NCBI GenBank assembly: GCA_964637955.1
Contig: CAZWXQ010000006.1
Span: 26,926 to 90,925, forward strand
DNA length: 64,000 nucleotides
Direction: 5' to 3'
Source: an uncultured Gammaproteobacteria bacterium
GTDB taxonomy: Bacteria; Patescibacteriota; Microgenomatia; Levybacterales; UBA12049
The notes under the pieces: generated by a model
Seen by the model: only the letters and a program-made list of their open reading frames with translations
What the model was told of the DNA's origin: nothing
Database searches by the model: none
Made by a program: the position numbers and the translations under genes
Part shown: positions 19,246-28,895 of the stretch, in pieces
Layout of the letters: each line of letters begins with the position of its first letter
Numbering within the stretch: the first letter of the stretch is position 1

Positions 19246-21405
19246 ATGGAAAAAGATAGAGTAATACTTGAGATCAAGACTTCGAGAGTAAGTGAAGAGA
19301 CGACTGAGTCTATGGTTCAATTTTTAGCTTCGCTTACTGGGCTTCGGAAGCGGTTTATGCTCATGTGGAAGCTGGGGCATCCAATTAGCCTCGAGATAGC
19401 CATGTTTAACCAGACTATTCACTTCTACGTAACATGCCCAGCTTCACTAAAGACATTTATAGAAGGCCAGCTTACAGCCGCATATCACAGATCACTTATT
19501 GTAAATACAAAAGACTATATGCCTGAGATTCTTACCAATAAATCAACACTTGCTACGGGGCAAATGAAGCTTAGTTCAAGCTATCTCTATCCACTTAAAG
19601 TCTACAGTGAATTTAAGGATGTGGACCCATTGGCTTCACTTCTTTCATCTCTTTCAAAGGCCCAACCAAATGACAGAATAGTTATTCAATATCTTTTAAA
19701 TCCTGTTGGATCGAGTTGGCATAAAAGTGGAGAACGCCAAATGAATAGAAAGACTAAAGACGCTGCTGGAGTAGAGCATGCCAATCCTCAAGCAAAAATT
19801 ATCGGAGAAAAAATTGCGTATCATGGATTTAAGACTGCTGTAAGAATAGCAGTAAATTCTTCATCCTATGAAAGAAGTAGGTCCTTGATGTATGAAGTTG
19901 CGAATAGTTTTTCTTCGTTTAATAACCCGGGAGGAAATTCTTTGTCATATAAAAAACTTTATCTTTGGCAGAAAAATAGATTTATAAAAGCGATAAACAG
20001 GAGGAGTAAAAGGTTCGCGCCCTCAACTCAGATTTTAAATATAGAAGAAATTGCGACACTTTTCCATTTTCCTACAGAACAACTTTCTAAAGTTCATTCT
20101 ATTTCATGGCATAAGGTAGTTCTTTCAGAGCCGCCTGAAAATTTACCTATTGCTGAGGGTCTCTCAGAAGAAGAGAAAGCAGATCTTAATTTCTTCGCTT
20201 CCACGGAATTTAAAAATAAACAGACTACTTTCGGAATTAAATCTAAGGACAGAAGAAGACATGTTTATATCATCGGAAAAACTGGAGCAGGAAAGTCTAC
20301 TCTCATTGCGAATATGGCTATAAATGATATGAGAAACAAAAGAGGATTTTGCATCATTGATCCGCATGGAGATTTGTGCCAGGTCTTACTAGATTACATT
20401 CCAAGCTACAGAGTAAATGACGTAATTTATTTGGATCCTGCGGATCGAGAGAGATCATTTGCGATAAATCCACTTGAAATAAGTGAGCCGCATCAAAGGG
20501 AGCTAGTAGTTTCAGGAATTGTATCGATTTTCAATAAACTTTACGGCCATTCTTGGGGTCCGAGGCTCGAATATATACTTAGAAATACCTTGATGAGTGT
20601 AATCGATATGCCGGATGCGACACTTCTTATGGTGCCTGAAATGCTTTCAAATGATGCATTCCGAGCAAAAGTGGTAGCAAATTTAACAGATCCTGTTCTA
20701 AAAAGTTTCTGGGAAAACGAATTCGCCAATTACACAGATAAACTTAAGGCAGAATCTATAATGCCAATCCAAAATAAAGTCGGGCAGTTCGTAAGTAGTA
20801 CTGTTATTCGAAATATAATTAAGAGTCCTAAGTCCACAATTGATCTTCAAAAAGTAATGGATGAAGGTAAGATTGTTTTAGTTAATTTGTCACAAGGACA
20901 GCTAGGGGAGGATAACGCAGCACTTCTTGGCGCAATGCTTATTACCAAGATTCAGTTGGCTGCTATGAATAGAGTAACTCAAAAGGAAGAGGATAGGCGA
21001 GACTTTTATCTTTATGTTGATGAGTTCCAGAACTTCGCCACGTCATCATTTGTTAAAATATTGTCCGAGGCTCGCAAGTATAGATTGAATCTTATATTGG
21101 CTAATCAATATATAGCTCAGGTGCCTGAGGATGTCAGGTCTGCGATTTTCGGAAATGCCGGAACTATGATGTCATTCCTTATCGGAGCTGAAGATGCACC
21201 TTTTATGGCGAAAGAATTTAGTGAGAGGTTTGAAGAAAAAGATCTATTGTCTCTAGGAAACTACCAGACTATCTTAAAGCTTGCAATCGATAACATAAGT
21301 CAGTCTCCATTCCTGGCTCAGACTCTGCCTTTGCCGCGATCTGTTACTCAGAATAGGGAAAAGGCGATTCGCTCTTCAAGAGAGAGGTATACGAGACCGA
21401 TATAA
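19246..21405 (+). CDS. VirD4/TraG/TraD-family-like P-loop ATPase (coupling-protein-like), cytoplasmic, with ~330-aa N-terminal domain of unknown function
   Basis: Walker A YIIGKTGAGKST, then CIIDPHGD and YLYVDEFQNF...ILANQ motifs typical of TrwB/VirD4 and DUF87/HerA-like ATPases. No N-terminal TM helices. Confidence 0.65.
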   Translation: MEKDRVILEIKTSRVSEETTESMVQFLASLTGLRKRFMLMWKLGHPISLEIAMFNQTIHFYVTCPASLKTFIEGQLTAAYHRSLIVNTKDYMPEILTNKSTLATGQMKLSSSYLYPLKVYSEFKDVDPLASLLSSLSKAQPNDRIVIQYLLNPVGSSWHKSGERQMNRKTKDAAGVEHANPQAKIIGEKIAYHGFKTAVRIAVNSSSYERSRSLMYEVANSFSSFNNPGGNSLSYKKLYLWQKNRFIKAINRRSKRFAPSTQILNIEEIATLFHFPTEQLSKVHSISWHKVVLSEPPENLPIAEGLSEEEKADLNFFASTEFKNKQTTFGIKSKDRRRHVYIIGKTGAGKSTLIANMAINDMRNKRGFCIIDPHGDLCQVLLDYIPSYRVNDVIYLDPADRERSFAINPLEISEPHQRELVVSGIVSIFNKLYGHSWGPRLEYILRNTLMSVIDMPDATLLMVPEMLSNDAFRAKVVANLTDPVLKSFWENEFANYTDKLKAESIMPIQNKVGQFVSSTVIRNIIKSPKSTIDLQKVMDEGKIVLVNLSQGQLGEDNAALLGAMLITKIQLAAMNRVTQKEEDRRDFYLYVDEFQNFATSSFVKILSEARKYRLNLILANQYIAQVPEDVRSAIFGNAGTMMSFLIGAEDAPFMAKEFSERFEEKDLLSLGNYQTILKLAIDNISQSPFLAQTLPLPRSVTQNREKAIRSSRERYTRPI

Positions 21406-21609
21406 ATTATTATTCTTTTCTCCGAGAAAAGAATCAAAAGCTCTCGTCAGTTCTTGATTTGTGCTTTCAAGTATTTGCTCATTTATCGGGTGATTTCACC
21501 CCCTCCTCAACAAGTTTGTGAGGAATCCCCCTGATAATTCGCTCATGCTTTCATGCACAATTCTGCGAAATTGACGAAATTTAATATTAGTATTTCTGGA
21601 ATTGGGTAT

Positions 21610-21630
21610 AAAAAAAGCGCCCGCAGGCGC
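21610..21630 (-). terminator. GC hairpin GCGCC-CGCA-GGCGC flanked by A7 (T7 on minus strand); terminator for 21652..22356, weakly bidirectional
   Basis: Located 22 nt beyond the minus-strand stop codon. Confidence 0.6.
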
Positions 21631-21651
21631 TTTGATTCGCTTAGAACGAAC

Positions 21652-22356
21652 TTACTTGCTTCTTCTTCTGAGGAATAATCCACCAACTGCTGCTGGAATA
21701 AGTCCAATTAAAGCTAGTGATTCTGCTCCTGTTGAAGGAGTTTGAGTCATTTTAGGTGCAGGCATAACTGGAAGTCCACCTTTAGTTGTAGTTGTTTGTT
21801 CTATGCAGAATTGTGAATTATCACGACTTTCGTCTTTACCGAAAGTAACAGATGCTTGGTTAACTACGCAAACAGTGTTTTGAGTGTTTGGAAGTGAACC
21901 TGCTCCTTTAACTTTAGCAACAATTATAAATCGCTTTGTTTCGTTTGAGTTAATATTTTCAATTTTATATGTAAGTTTGTTGCTATTTGAATCAAAAGTA
22001 CCAGGTCCAGAAACAAATTCTACATAATTAGGTAAGTAATCAGTAAATGTTACTTCATCTAATTTAGAACTTCCAGTGTTTGTAACGCTAAGTTGGAATT
22101 TAATTGTTTGTCCAGGAGCATATTTTGGATCATTGATTGTAAGATTATCAACATAAACCTCTACATTGCCTTTAGTTTTTGTAGGATGTAATACTTTTTT
22201 ATCTAGAACAAACTTATTTGAAGTTTCACAAGTTTCTCCACCACCATAAATTGGCTGACAATCAATTGTTCCATATCCGCCATTTGAAGTAGCAAAAGCA
22301 TTGCCAGTGAAGGCGATAAACGCGAAAGCTGTTAATGCAAATATTAATTTTCTCAT
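21652..22356 (-). CDS. Secreted surface protein (DUF11/CARDB-like beta-sandwich) with C-terminal TM + RRRSK sorting-signal-like tail
   Basis: Signal peptide MRKLIFALTAFAFIAFTGNAFA. C-terminus ...TPSTGAESLALIGLIPAAVGGLFLRRRSK resembles a sortase/exosortase-type anchor. Confidence 0.6.
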   Translation of the reverse strand: MRKLIFALTAFAFIAFTGNAFATSNGGYGTIDCQPIYGGGETCETSNKFVLDKKVLHPTKTKGNVEVYVDNLTINDPKYAPGQTIKFQLSVTNTGSSKLDEVTFTDYLPNYVEFVSGPGTFDSNSNKLTYKIENINSNETKRFIIVAKVKGAGSLPNTQNTVCVVNQASVTFGKDESRDNSQFCIEQTTTTKGGLPVMPAPKMTQTPSTGAESLALIGLIPAAVGGLFLRRRSK

Positions 22357-23013
22357 AAATAAAATTTAAAAAAGCAATACGTTTTTATGTATTGCTAGAT
22401 TTATAAACGGCATTCTAACACACATTATAGGACATGTCAAGTAATTAATAAAGTTGATTAATAGTTGGAAAATCTCAAATATCAAATGTAGATTTCAATT
22501 TATAATATATATAGTAGGAAAGAAACCATTACTATAATATAGAACTAAAAAGGGGATTAAGGATTTTTTTGATGGAAATTGTTTCTCTTTTTATTTTATG
22601 TAGATTGTTTTGTTTGTTGATGTCTATAGAATGAATTGATTTTGTTGATTTTATGCACTTGCATTTTAATTACCTTTCGCGGAAATTGTAATTAAAGTAC
22701 TGCGGGCTGAAGATACTTTCTTGCACTTGTCTCGCCTTACTTCGTAATTGCTCACTAAGTACTGCGTGGTGAAGTTCAATTGTATCTCCTTGCCCTTTAA
22801 CTACGTTAAAGGACTGCGAAGTAAGTTTGCAAACTTACTTCTTGACAACAAATAGGTCCATATGATGTAATACAACTACTTCAGCCGCGGGGCGGCAACT
22901 TTAAATTCCAGTTTTAATATTTTCCCAATGATATATTTCAGTTGGGATCAAGCTTTATGCTTTAACAATTTTCAATGGTAATTATCTGCCAGTATTTTTA
23001 ATTTAAATTTTAT

Positions 23014-24393
23014 ATGCCAGTAAAGAAAAAAACACCAAAAGAAGAAGAGGATATAGTATTAGAGCCTTCATCTTCCGAAGATAAATCGGAAAAATCAGAG
23101 GAGGCTAGTAATGCTGTGGATTTGGTAGGAACTGCTAGTGAGGAAGTCAAAGAGCCAGAGGTAAAAGAATTAGAATCTCAAGAGCCAATGACTGCTCCTC
23201 AATCAATTCAGGCTGAACCTGCACAGTCACAGTATTCAGCGCCTGCATCAAATGGATACTCCAATTTTAGAGAGCCAAGAATAGAGCAAGCTTATGAAGT
23301 ATCAGGATATTTAGATATCCAGCCAGAAGGTCATGGATTCTTAAGACCTAAATTTATTCCTTCACATAAAGATATCTATATTTCTCAATCTCAAATTAGA
23401 CGCTTTATGCTTAGAAGTGGAGATTTGATTGAAGGATTGGGTCGTCCTCCAAAAGACACAGAACGTTATTTTGGACTACTTAAAGTGGAAAAAGTAAATG
23501 GAAATCCAGCAGATCAATCAATAATGAGAGATTATTTTGATGATCTCACAGCAGTTTATCCAAAAAAGCAGGTAGTTTTAACGACAGGTAAAATGCCACT
23601 TTCAACAAGAATTATTGATCTTATGGCTCCAATTGGATTTGGACAAAGAGCAATGATCGTTTCTCCACCTAAGGCTGGAAAAACAACTATTCTTAAGGAG
23701 ATCGCAGCAGGAATCTCACAGAATTTCCCACAAGCTCATCTTATGGCAGCTCTTGTAGGAGAAAGACCAGAAGAAGTAACTGATATCGCAAGCTCTGTAA
23801 AAGGTGATGTAATAGCTTCAAATTTTGATGAACCACCTGAGAATCAGACTAGAGTGGCTGAGATTACTCTTGAGCGTGCAAAGAGATTGGTTGAGTCAGG
23901 TAAAGATGTTGTTATTCTCTTAGATTCAATTACTCGTCTTGCAAGAGCATATAACTTGGCAGTAGCTCCATCCGGAAGAACTTTATCAGGGGGATTTGAT
24001 CCTGCAGCTCTTTGGCCTGCAAAGAAATTCTTTGGAGCAGCAAGAAATTGTCAGGAAGGTGGATCTCTAACTATTATCGGTACTGCGCTTGTAGATACAG
24101 GCTCTAGGATGGATGATCTTATCTATGAAGAGTTTAAAGGAACAGGAAATTCAGAAATTCATCTTGATAGAAGACTAGCCGAGAAGAGAATCTTCCCAGC
24201 GATTGATGTTGAGAGAAGTGGAACACGTCAAGAGGAATTGATTTTATCACCAGAACAGCTTAAAAAGACAGTTACTTTAAGACGGATGCTTGGAATGCTT
24301 GGAGATGGGGGAGAAGCGACAGCGAGTTTAATTGAGCAGCTTCAGAAAAAAGAATCAAATGATGAATTCCTCGATTCATTAGGAAAAGGATAG
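23014..24393 (+). CDS. rho: Transcription termination factor Rho
   Basis: RNA-binding region then ATPase core: RAMIVSPPKAGKTTILKEIA (Walker A), LLDSITRLARAYN, DTGSRMDDLIYEEFKGTGNSEIHLDR. Acidic N-terminal extension. Confidence 0.9.
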   Translation: MPVKKKTPKEEEDIVLEPSSSEDKSEKSEEASNAVDLVGTASEEVKEPEVKELESQEPMTAPQSIQAEPAQSQYSAPASNGYSNFREPRIEQAYEVSGYLDIQPEGHGFLRPKFIPSHKDIYISQSQIRRFMLRSGDLIEGLGRPPKDTERYFGLLKVEKVNGNPADQSIMRDYFDDLTAVYPKKQVVLTTGKMPLSTRIIDLMAPIGFGQRAMIVSPPKAGKTTILKEIAAGISQNFPQAHLMAALVGERPEEVTDIASSVKGDVIASNFDEPPENQTRVAEITLERAKRLVESGKDVVILLDSITRLARAYNLAVAPSGRTLSGGFDPAALWPAKKFFGAARNCQEGGSLTIIGTALVDTGSRMDDLIYEEFKGTGNSEIHLDRRLAEKRIFPAIDVERSGTRQEELILSPEQLKKTVTLRRMLGMLGDGGEATASLIEQLQKKESNDEFLDSLGKG

Positions 24394-24507
24394 AGCTTTT
24401 GTATCATCCCAAATTTATTTCGGGATCTAGTTGCTGAAACAAGTTCAGCATGACAAGAGAATTTTGTTTGACTCATATCTTTTGTTTTGTTAAAATTTTA
24501 GATTAGT

Positions 24508-25644
24508 ATGTTCAAAAACTTACTGAAAAAGAACCCTCTCCTTGCCAAGAACCCAATTGATCGTTTTATTCTTCATTTCTCCCAATTTAGTGCATTTTTC
24601 TCTCTTTATCTTAAGCATAAGATTGTATTTTTTTCTCGCCACTTTGAAAAGAACAAGAATCGATTAGTGAAATTTTTTATGATGAAAAGAGGCCGATATG
24701 CAAGACCTTTTTTGCACATCTCAGCGATGGGAGTTCTCGTAGTTGGAATAATACTTTCGCCTTTGATAGGTGAGAGTTATCCTATTTTTTCTCAGGGAAA
24801 TAATTCATCCGCCCAAGCCCAAGCTCCTCAGGAGTCAATAATCGTTGGAGATAATGTATTTTCGACCAGTGTGTCTCAGAAGCCTCGTGACAAAATTATT
24901 ACTTACACAGTCCAAAAAGGAGATACTCTTTCAACGGTTGCTAGAAAGTTCGGTATTTCAGTTGAGACTCTCCAGTGGGAAAATGATTTAAACGGAGAAA
25001 ATATTTCAGTGGGAGATGATCTTCGAATTCTTCCCGTAACTGGAATTGCATATAAAGTTTCACAAGGAGAGACTATCTATTCAATTGCAAAAAAACTTGA
25101 TACTGAGCCTCAGAAGATCGTCGATTTCCCATTCAATGATTTTGAAAACCCTGAAACTTTCTCATTGGCTTCAGGCCAAATCCTTATCGTGCCTGACGGA
25201 GTTAAGCCTTCAGAGCAGCCTACATATGTAAGACCAAGACAGCCAATTTACGTTCAGGGACCAGCTTCTGTTAGTGGATCTGGATTTGCATGGCCACTTA
25301 GAGGTGGTGTTAGTCAGTATCCCTCCTGGTATCATATGGCGCTTGATATAACCTCAGATGTAGGAACTCCAATAGTGGCAGCCACAAACGGAACAGTTTC
25401 AAATGTTATAACTGGAACATATGATGGGGGATATGGAAATAATGTCTATATAAGTAACGGTGGAGGAGTTCAAACGCACTATGCTCATATGTCTCAGGTT
25501 TATGTTAGCCCAGGTCAGAGTGTAACTGCTGGTAAGACAGTGGTTGGAACAGTTGGACTTACCGGAAGAACAACCGGACCTCATTTGCATTTTGAAGTAA
25601 TCCAAAATGGTGTTCTTGTTAATCCGCTTGGCTATTTACAATAA
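24508..25644 (+). CDS. LysM-domain M23 family metallopeptidase (peptidoglycan hydrolase); true start possibly the internal Met at ~24679
   Basis: Two LysM motifs (YTVQKGDTLSTVARKFGI, YKVSQGETIYSIAKKL). M23 motifs HMALDI...GPHLHFEV. TM/signal anchor after MMKRGRYARPF. Confidence 0.8.
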   Translation: MFKNLLKKNPLLAKNPIDRFILHFSQFSAFFSLYLKHKIVFFSRHFEKNKNRLVKFFMMKRGRYARPFLHISAMGVLVVGIILSPLIGESYPIFSQGNNSSAQAQAPQESIIVGDNVFSTSVSQKPRDKIITYTVQKGDTLSTVARKFGISVETLQWENDLNGENISVGDDLRILPVTGIAYKVSQGETIYSIAKKLDTEPQKIVDFPFNDFENPETFSLASGQILIVPDGVKPSEQPTYVRPRQPIYVQGPASVSGSGFAWPLRGGVSQYPSWYHMALDITSDVGTPIVAATNGTVSNVITGTYDGGYGNNVYISNGGGVQTHYAHMSQVYVSPGQSVTAGKTVVGTVGLTGRTTGPHLHFEVIQNGVLVNPLGYLQ

Positions 25645-25701
25645 AAATCCTTTGGAAGTTGGTTTAATATTTCTAATATTGAAGGAAGTCATGTGAATTT
25701 T

Positions 25702-25774
25702 GGGCTCATAGCTCAGCTGGTAGAGCGCTTCTATGGCATAGAAGAGGTCAGGGGTTCGAATCCCCTTGGGTCCA
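25702..25774 (+). tRNA. tRNA-Ala (anticodon GGC by my fold)
   Basis: GGGCTCATAGCTCAGCTGGTAGAGC...GGTTCGAATCC cloverleaf with G3:U70 Ala identity pair. No encoded CCA. Confidence 0.8.
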
Positions 25775-25810
25775 CATTTTTCAACGATAATATATTTATG
25801 GAGATTTTAT

Positions 25811-27031
25811 CTAAGCTTGATTAAAAATATCAGCAAAAGCTGGCATCGCAATTTTTTGTAATATTTCTAATTCCTTCATTTTATGATTTATTTGAGCTTG
25901 AGTAATTCTAGTTTTCTGTAAATTGTGATTTTCCTCTGCTTTCTGCTCTAAAATTTCGATTTCATCTTTGCTCAAATTTCTGTTTCTGACAGAAGATAAT
26001 TGACTTGCATCCATTGTAAAGAATAAATCAGTTTGTACCATGTCGTTAAATCCGGTTCTCGGATCTGTACTTGTACTTACATCACTATTTGTTGCAAATC
26101 TTCTATCTTCAAGGAGTAAATAACAATTTGCAAATAACTTATCTCCGTCCTCAACTAATTGTTTTATTAATACTCTTCTTACTATACCTTCAGGTGAGGT
26201 GGCATATCTTATATCTCCAGCTTCAGGCGGTGCTTCTTCTTCAGGGTATTTAAATTCAGGGTATTCAATTCTTTCAGTAGGTTGTCTGCCCATTTTAACA
26301 AGCTGTTCAGAAGGAACAACTAATGGAATAATTTCACCAGGTCTTCTTCTGCTGTATTTTCGATTAAATTCAATACTTTTCTCCTGATTTTTAGGTGTAA
26401 AACCGTTTTTCCATCTAAGTAAGTTGTAAACAAATGTATCTCTTGAATAATTAGTTTCTAGTCTAGGTTCAGTACCTATCCATTGATTACTGGATAGAAA
26501 ACCTTCCATATCTGTTCTTGGTTTTCCAAATAAGAATTCTCCTGTCCTTTCTCTGTGTTGCAATAAAATTTGAGTCCAATCTGCTATGTTTCCGATAACA
26601 ACATCTATTTCATCGGAGTCAATTGGGAGTCCTTCTAAATATGTAATTGCTAAACTATTACGATTTCTATCCCTGCTGCCTTTTCCATAGAATTTTGTAG
26701 GAAGAATTCTACTTGTGCTTACAGGACGACGAGTGCTTAAGCGACCTGTAGAATTTTTTGTTATGTCATAAATTAGGTCCAAATCTAAGGCAACTTCAGA
26801 ATGCATAGAAGGTAAATCAAATGAATTATTGAGAACTGGACCTTTTGTGGTTAATCCTTCACCTCTTAAGTCATTTACAGATTTGCTTTGAAGTTCAAAT
26901 ATCATGAACCCGGCTTCCTCTAAAGCTTTTCTTGCTTCAGGGGTGAAGCGGGTTATTCCATCGCCTTTTATTTCCTGAGCTCCAATATCTTGCGTGTCGG
27001 TAACTGGTAATATATCAATTTCTCTTTCCAT
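25811..27031 (-). CDS. Hypothetical protein (406 aa), no recognised domain
   Basis: Long ORF divergent from the MerR-like gene, 40-bp intergenic gap. Confidence 0.55.
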   Translation of the reverse strand: MEREIDILPVTDTQDIGAQEIKGDGITRFTPEARKALEEAGFMIFELQSKSVNDLRGEGLTTKGPVLNNSFDLPSMHSEVALDLDLIYDITKNSTGRLSTRRPVSTSRILPTKFYGKGSRDRNRNSLAITYLEGLPIDSDEIDVVIGNIADWTQILLQHRERTGEFLFGKPRTDMEGFLSSNQWIGTEPRLETNYSRDTFVYNLLRWKNGFTPKNQEKSIEFNRKYSRRRPGEIIPLVVPSEQLVKMGRQPTERIEYPEFKYPEEEAPPEAGDIRYATSPEGIVRRVLIKQLVEDGDKLFANCYLLLEDRRFATNSDVSTSTDPRTGFNDMVQTDLFFTMDASQLSSVRNRNLSKDEIEILEQKAEENHNLQKTRITQAQINHKMKELEILQKIAMPAFADIFNQA

Positions 27032-27071
27032 AATTTTGACTTCTTATTTAGAAGTTTGTATACTATAAACT

Positions 27072-27920
27072 ATGACGCAACGTCAAAGTCAAGGCAAAGT
27101 TTTAGATGATTCAGGCACAAATCTTATAAGTATCAGAGAATTTGCTCAAATTTGTCGTACTACTCCAAGAACTATAAGGTTTTATGATCAAAAAGAATTA
27201 TTAAAACCCAGGTACATTGATAAATGGACAAGTTATAGATATTACGATGTAGAGCAGGTAAAAGACTTTCTTATGATTAAATTTATGCAGAATTTCCATA
27301 TCCCTCTTTCTCAAATAAAACTAAATTTACAAATAAAATCAAATGACTCGTATTTAAAAGAACGTTTAGTTGGTTTAAGAAATGAAATAGAGGAGAGTAA
27401 AAAAGAAATTGAATTCTTAGAGAAAATTCACACATTGTTCTTTGATGATAAAAATATTAAAAATATATTTAAGAAAGAGGAAATTGGGCCATTTTATTTG
27501 TTTGGTTGTAGGTTTGAAAAAACTTCTTATGATCTGATCGATAAGCATAGGGAAAATGTGAGACAGGAAGCAGGAAAGCAGGGTATTAAATTCAATAAAG
27601 ATCTTGTCGTATATTTAGATTCGAAGTTTAAGCCAAAAAATACTAGTATCGAAGTTTATGTAATTTGCGAAAAAGATTATTCAAGTAATAAATTTTTAGC
27701 TGAAAATTATATATATAAGTTTTTTAATAAAACTAAAGCTTTAACGTATGATTACCAAGGTCCTGAAATATATTTCATCATAATTTATCAGAGATTATTT
27801 TATTTACTTAATAAGATTAAGATTAAGATGAATGATAATAATTTTGAAATTTATGAAGGTGCAGGGGAAAAGAGTTCAATTTATGCTTTTGAAGCAAAAT
27901 TAATTTTTCCTGTAGGCTAG
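27072..27920 (+). CDS. MerR-family HTH transcriptional regulator with C-terminal effector-type domain
   Basis: ISIREFAQICRTTPRTIRFYDQKELLKP is a MerR N-terminal HTH, followed by a coiled-coil. Confidence 0.65.
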   Translation: MTQRQSQGKVLDDSGTNLISIREFAQICRTTPRTIRFYDQKELLKPRYIDKWTSYRYYDVEQVKDFLMIKFMQNFHIPLSQIKLNLQIKSNDSYLKERLVGLRNEIEESKKEIEFLEKIHTLFFDDKNIKNIFKKEEIGPFYLFGCRFEKTSYDLIDKHRENVRQEAGKQGIKFNKDLVVYLDSKFKPKNTSIEVYVICEKDYSSNKFLAENYIYKFFNKTKALTYDYQGPEIYFIIIYQRLFYLLNKIKIKMNDNNFEIYEGAGEKSSIYAFEAKLIFPVG

Positions 27921-28284
27921 TGTATTTACAATTATTGCTTTTTAAAAGTTTTTACTATATACTGCAATTGGTGCCCATGGAAACTTCATAAGTTCTCTGG
28001 GGAAAGAAAATGTTGTTCTCAGAGAATACCTCAGATACATACTATATCATCTCAAATCGAGAGTTTTTGTTTTGTTTTCAAAATAGAAACTTGTAGAAAA
28101 ATACTCGTTTTCCCAATTAATGGGATATTGCGAGGAAAGTGAGCCCAGTGCTTAGATCAAAGATCTAAGTATAAGTAACTCTAAAGCTCACTCTGTTCGC
28201 TAAAGAGTTACTAATACTAAAGTATAAGATTTTACTAATCTTTTTCTTCGAAAAAGAAAGCAAATCTAAAAAGGAGGTGAAAAA

Positions 28285-28355
28285 TTAATTTTCAATTTTA
28301 ATTTTCAATTTTCAATTAATTTTGAATTTTGAATTTTAAATTTTAAATTCGAAAA
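28285..28355. repeat. AT-rich repeat family copy 2 (AATTTTCAATTTTAATTTTCAATTTTCAATT...)
   Basis: Immediately upstream of 28357 ATG. Preceded by an AGTATAAG...hairpin...TCTAAAAAGGAGG module resembling the 5675-5745 unit. Confidence 0.5.
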
Positions 28356-28356
28356 T

Positions 28357-28752
28357 ATGGCATTTCAAGATCAAACATTAACATGTAGAGATTGCGGACA
28401 GCCTTTCGTATGGACAGCGTCAGAACAGGAATTTTACCAATCAAAAGGATTTCAAAATTCTCCAGTAAGATGTCCAAAAGATAGAGCTGCTAAAAAAGCG
28501 AGAATGGATGGTGGAGGACGAGGTGGTCCAAGACAAATGTATGAAATAACCTGCTCAAATTGTGGCAGAAAAGATTCAGTTCCATTCCAGCCAAGAGGAG
28601 ATAGACCAGTACTTTGTGGAGATTGTTTCAGGAAGCAAAAAGATGGTGCTCCTATGAACGCAGACAGAAATAATCATTCAGACAATAATGACACTGTTGA
28701 AGCTCCAATGGAAGAAACTCCAATGGAAGAAGAGCAGCCAAAATCTGAATAG
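28357..28752 (+). CDS. Double CxxC zinc-ribbon protein (zf-trcl-like)
   Basis: CRDCGQPF...RCPKD and CSNCGRK...LCGDCFRK. Two repeated FQ..PV.C..C units. Acidic C-terminus. Confidence 0.7.
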   Translation: MAFQDQTLTCRDCGQPFVWTASEQEFYQSKGFQNSPVRCPKDRAAKKARMDGGGRGGPRQMYEITCSNCGRKDSVPFQPRGDRPVLCGDCFRKQKDGAPMNADRNNHSDNNDTVEAPMEETPMEEEQPKSE

Positions 28753-28789
28753 TTATTTTCAAAATAACAACTATATTTTCCCGCATCTT

Positions 28790-28840
28790 TGATTTGATAG
28801 TTTTATATCAGGTCAAATTAAAAAAAGATGCGGGATTTTT
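28790..28840 (+). terminator. Long-range hairpin CCCGCATCTTT...AAAGATGCGGG + ATTTTT
   Basis: 11-bp perfect stem enclosing ~23 nt, T tract after; 37 nt downstream of zinc-ribbon stop. Confidence 0.45.
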
Positions 28841-28895
28841 AGTGGCTTAAAATAGGACAATTCTATTTAGGTATTAGGAAAATTAGATTAATTTA

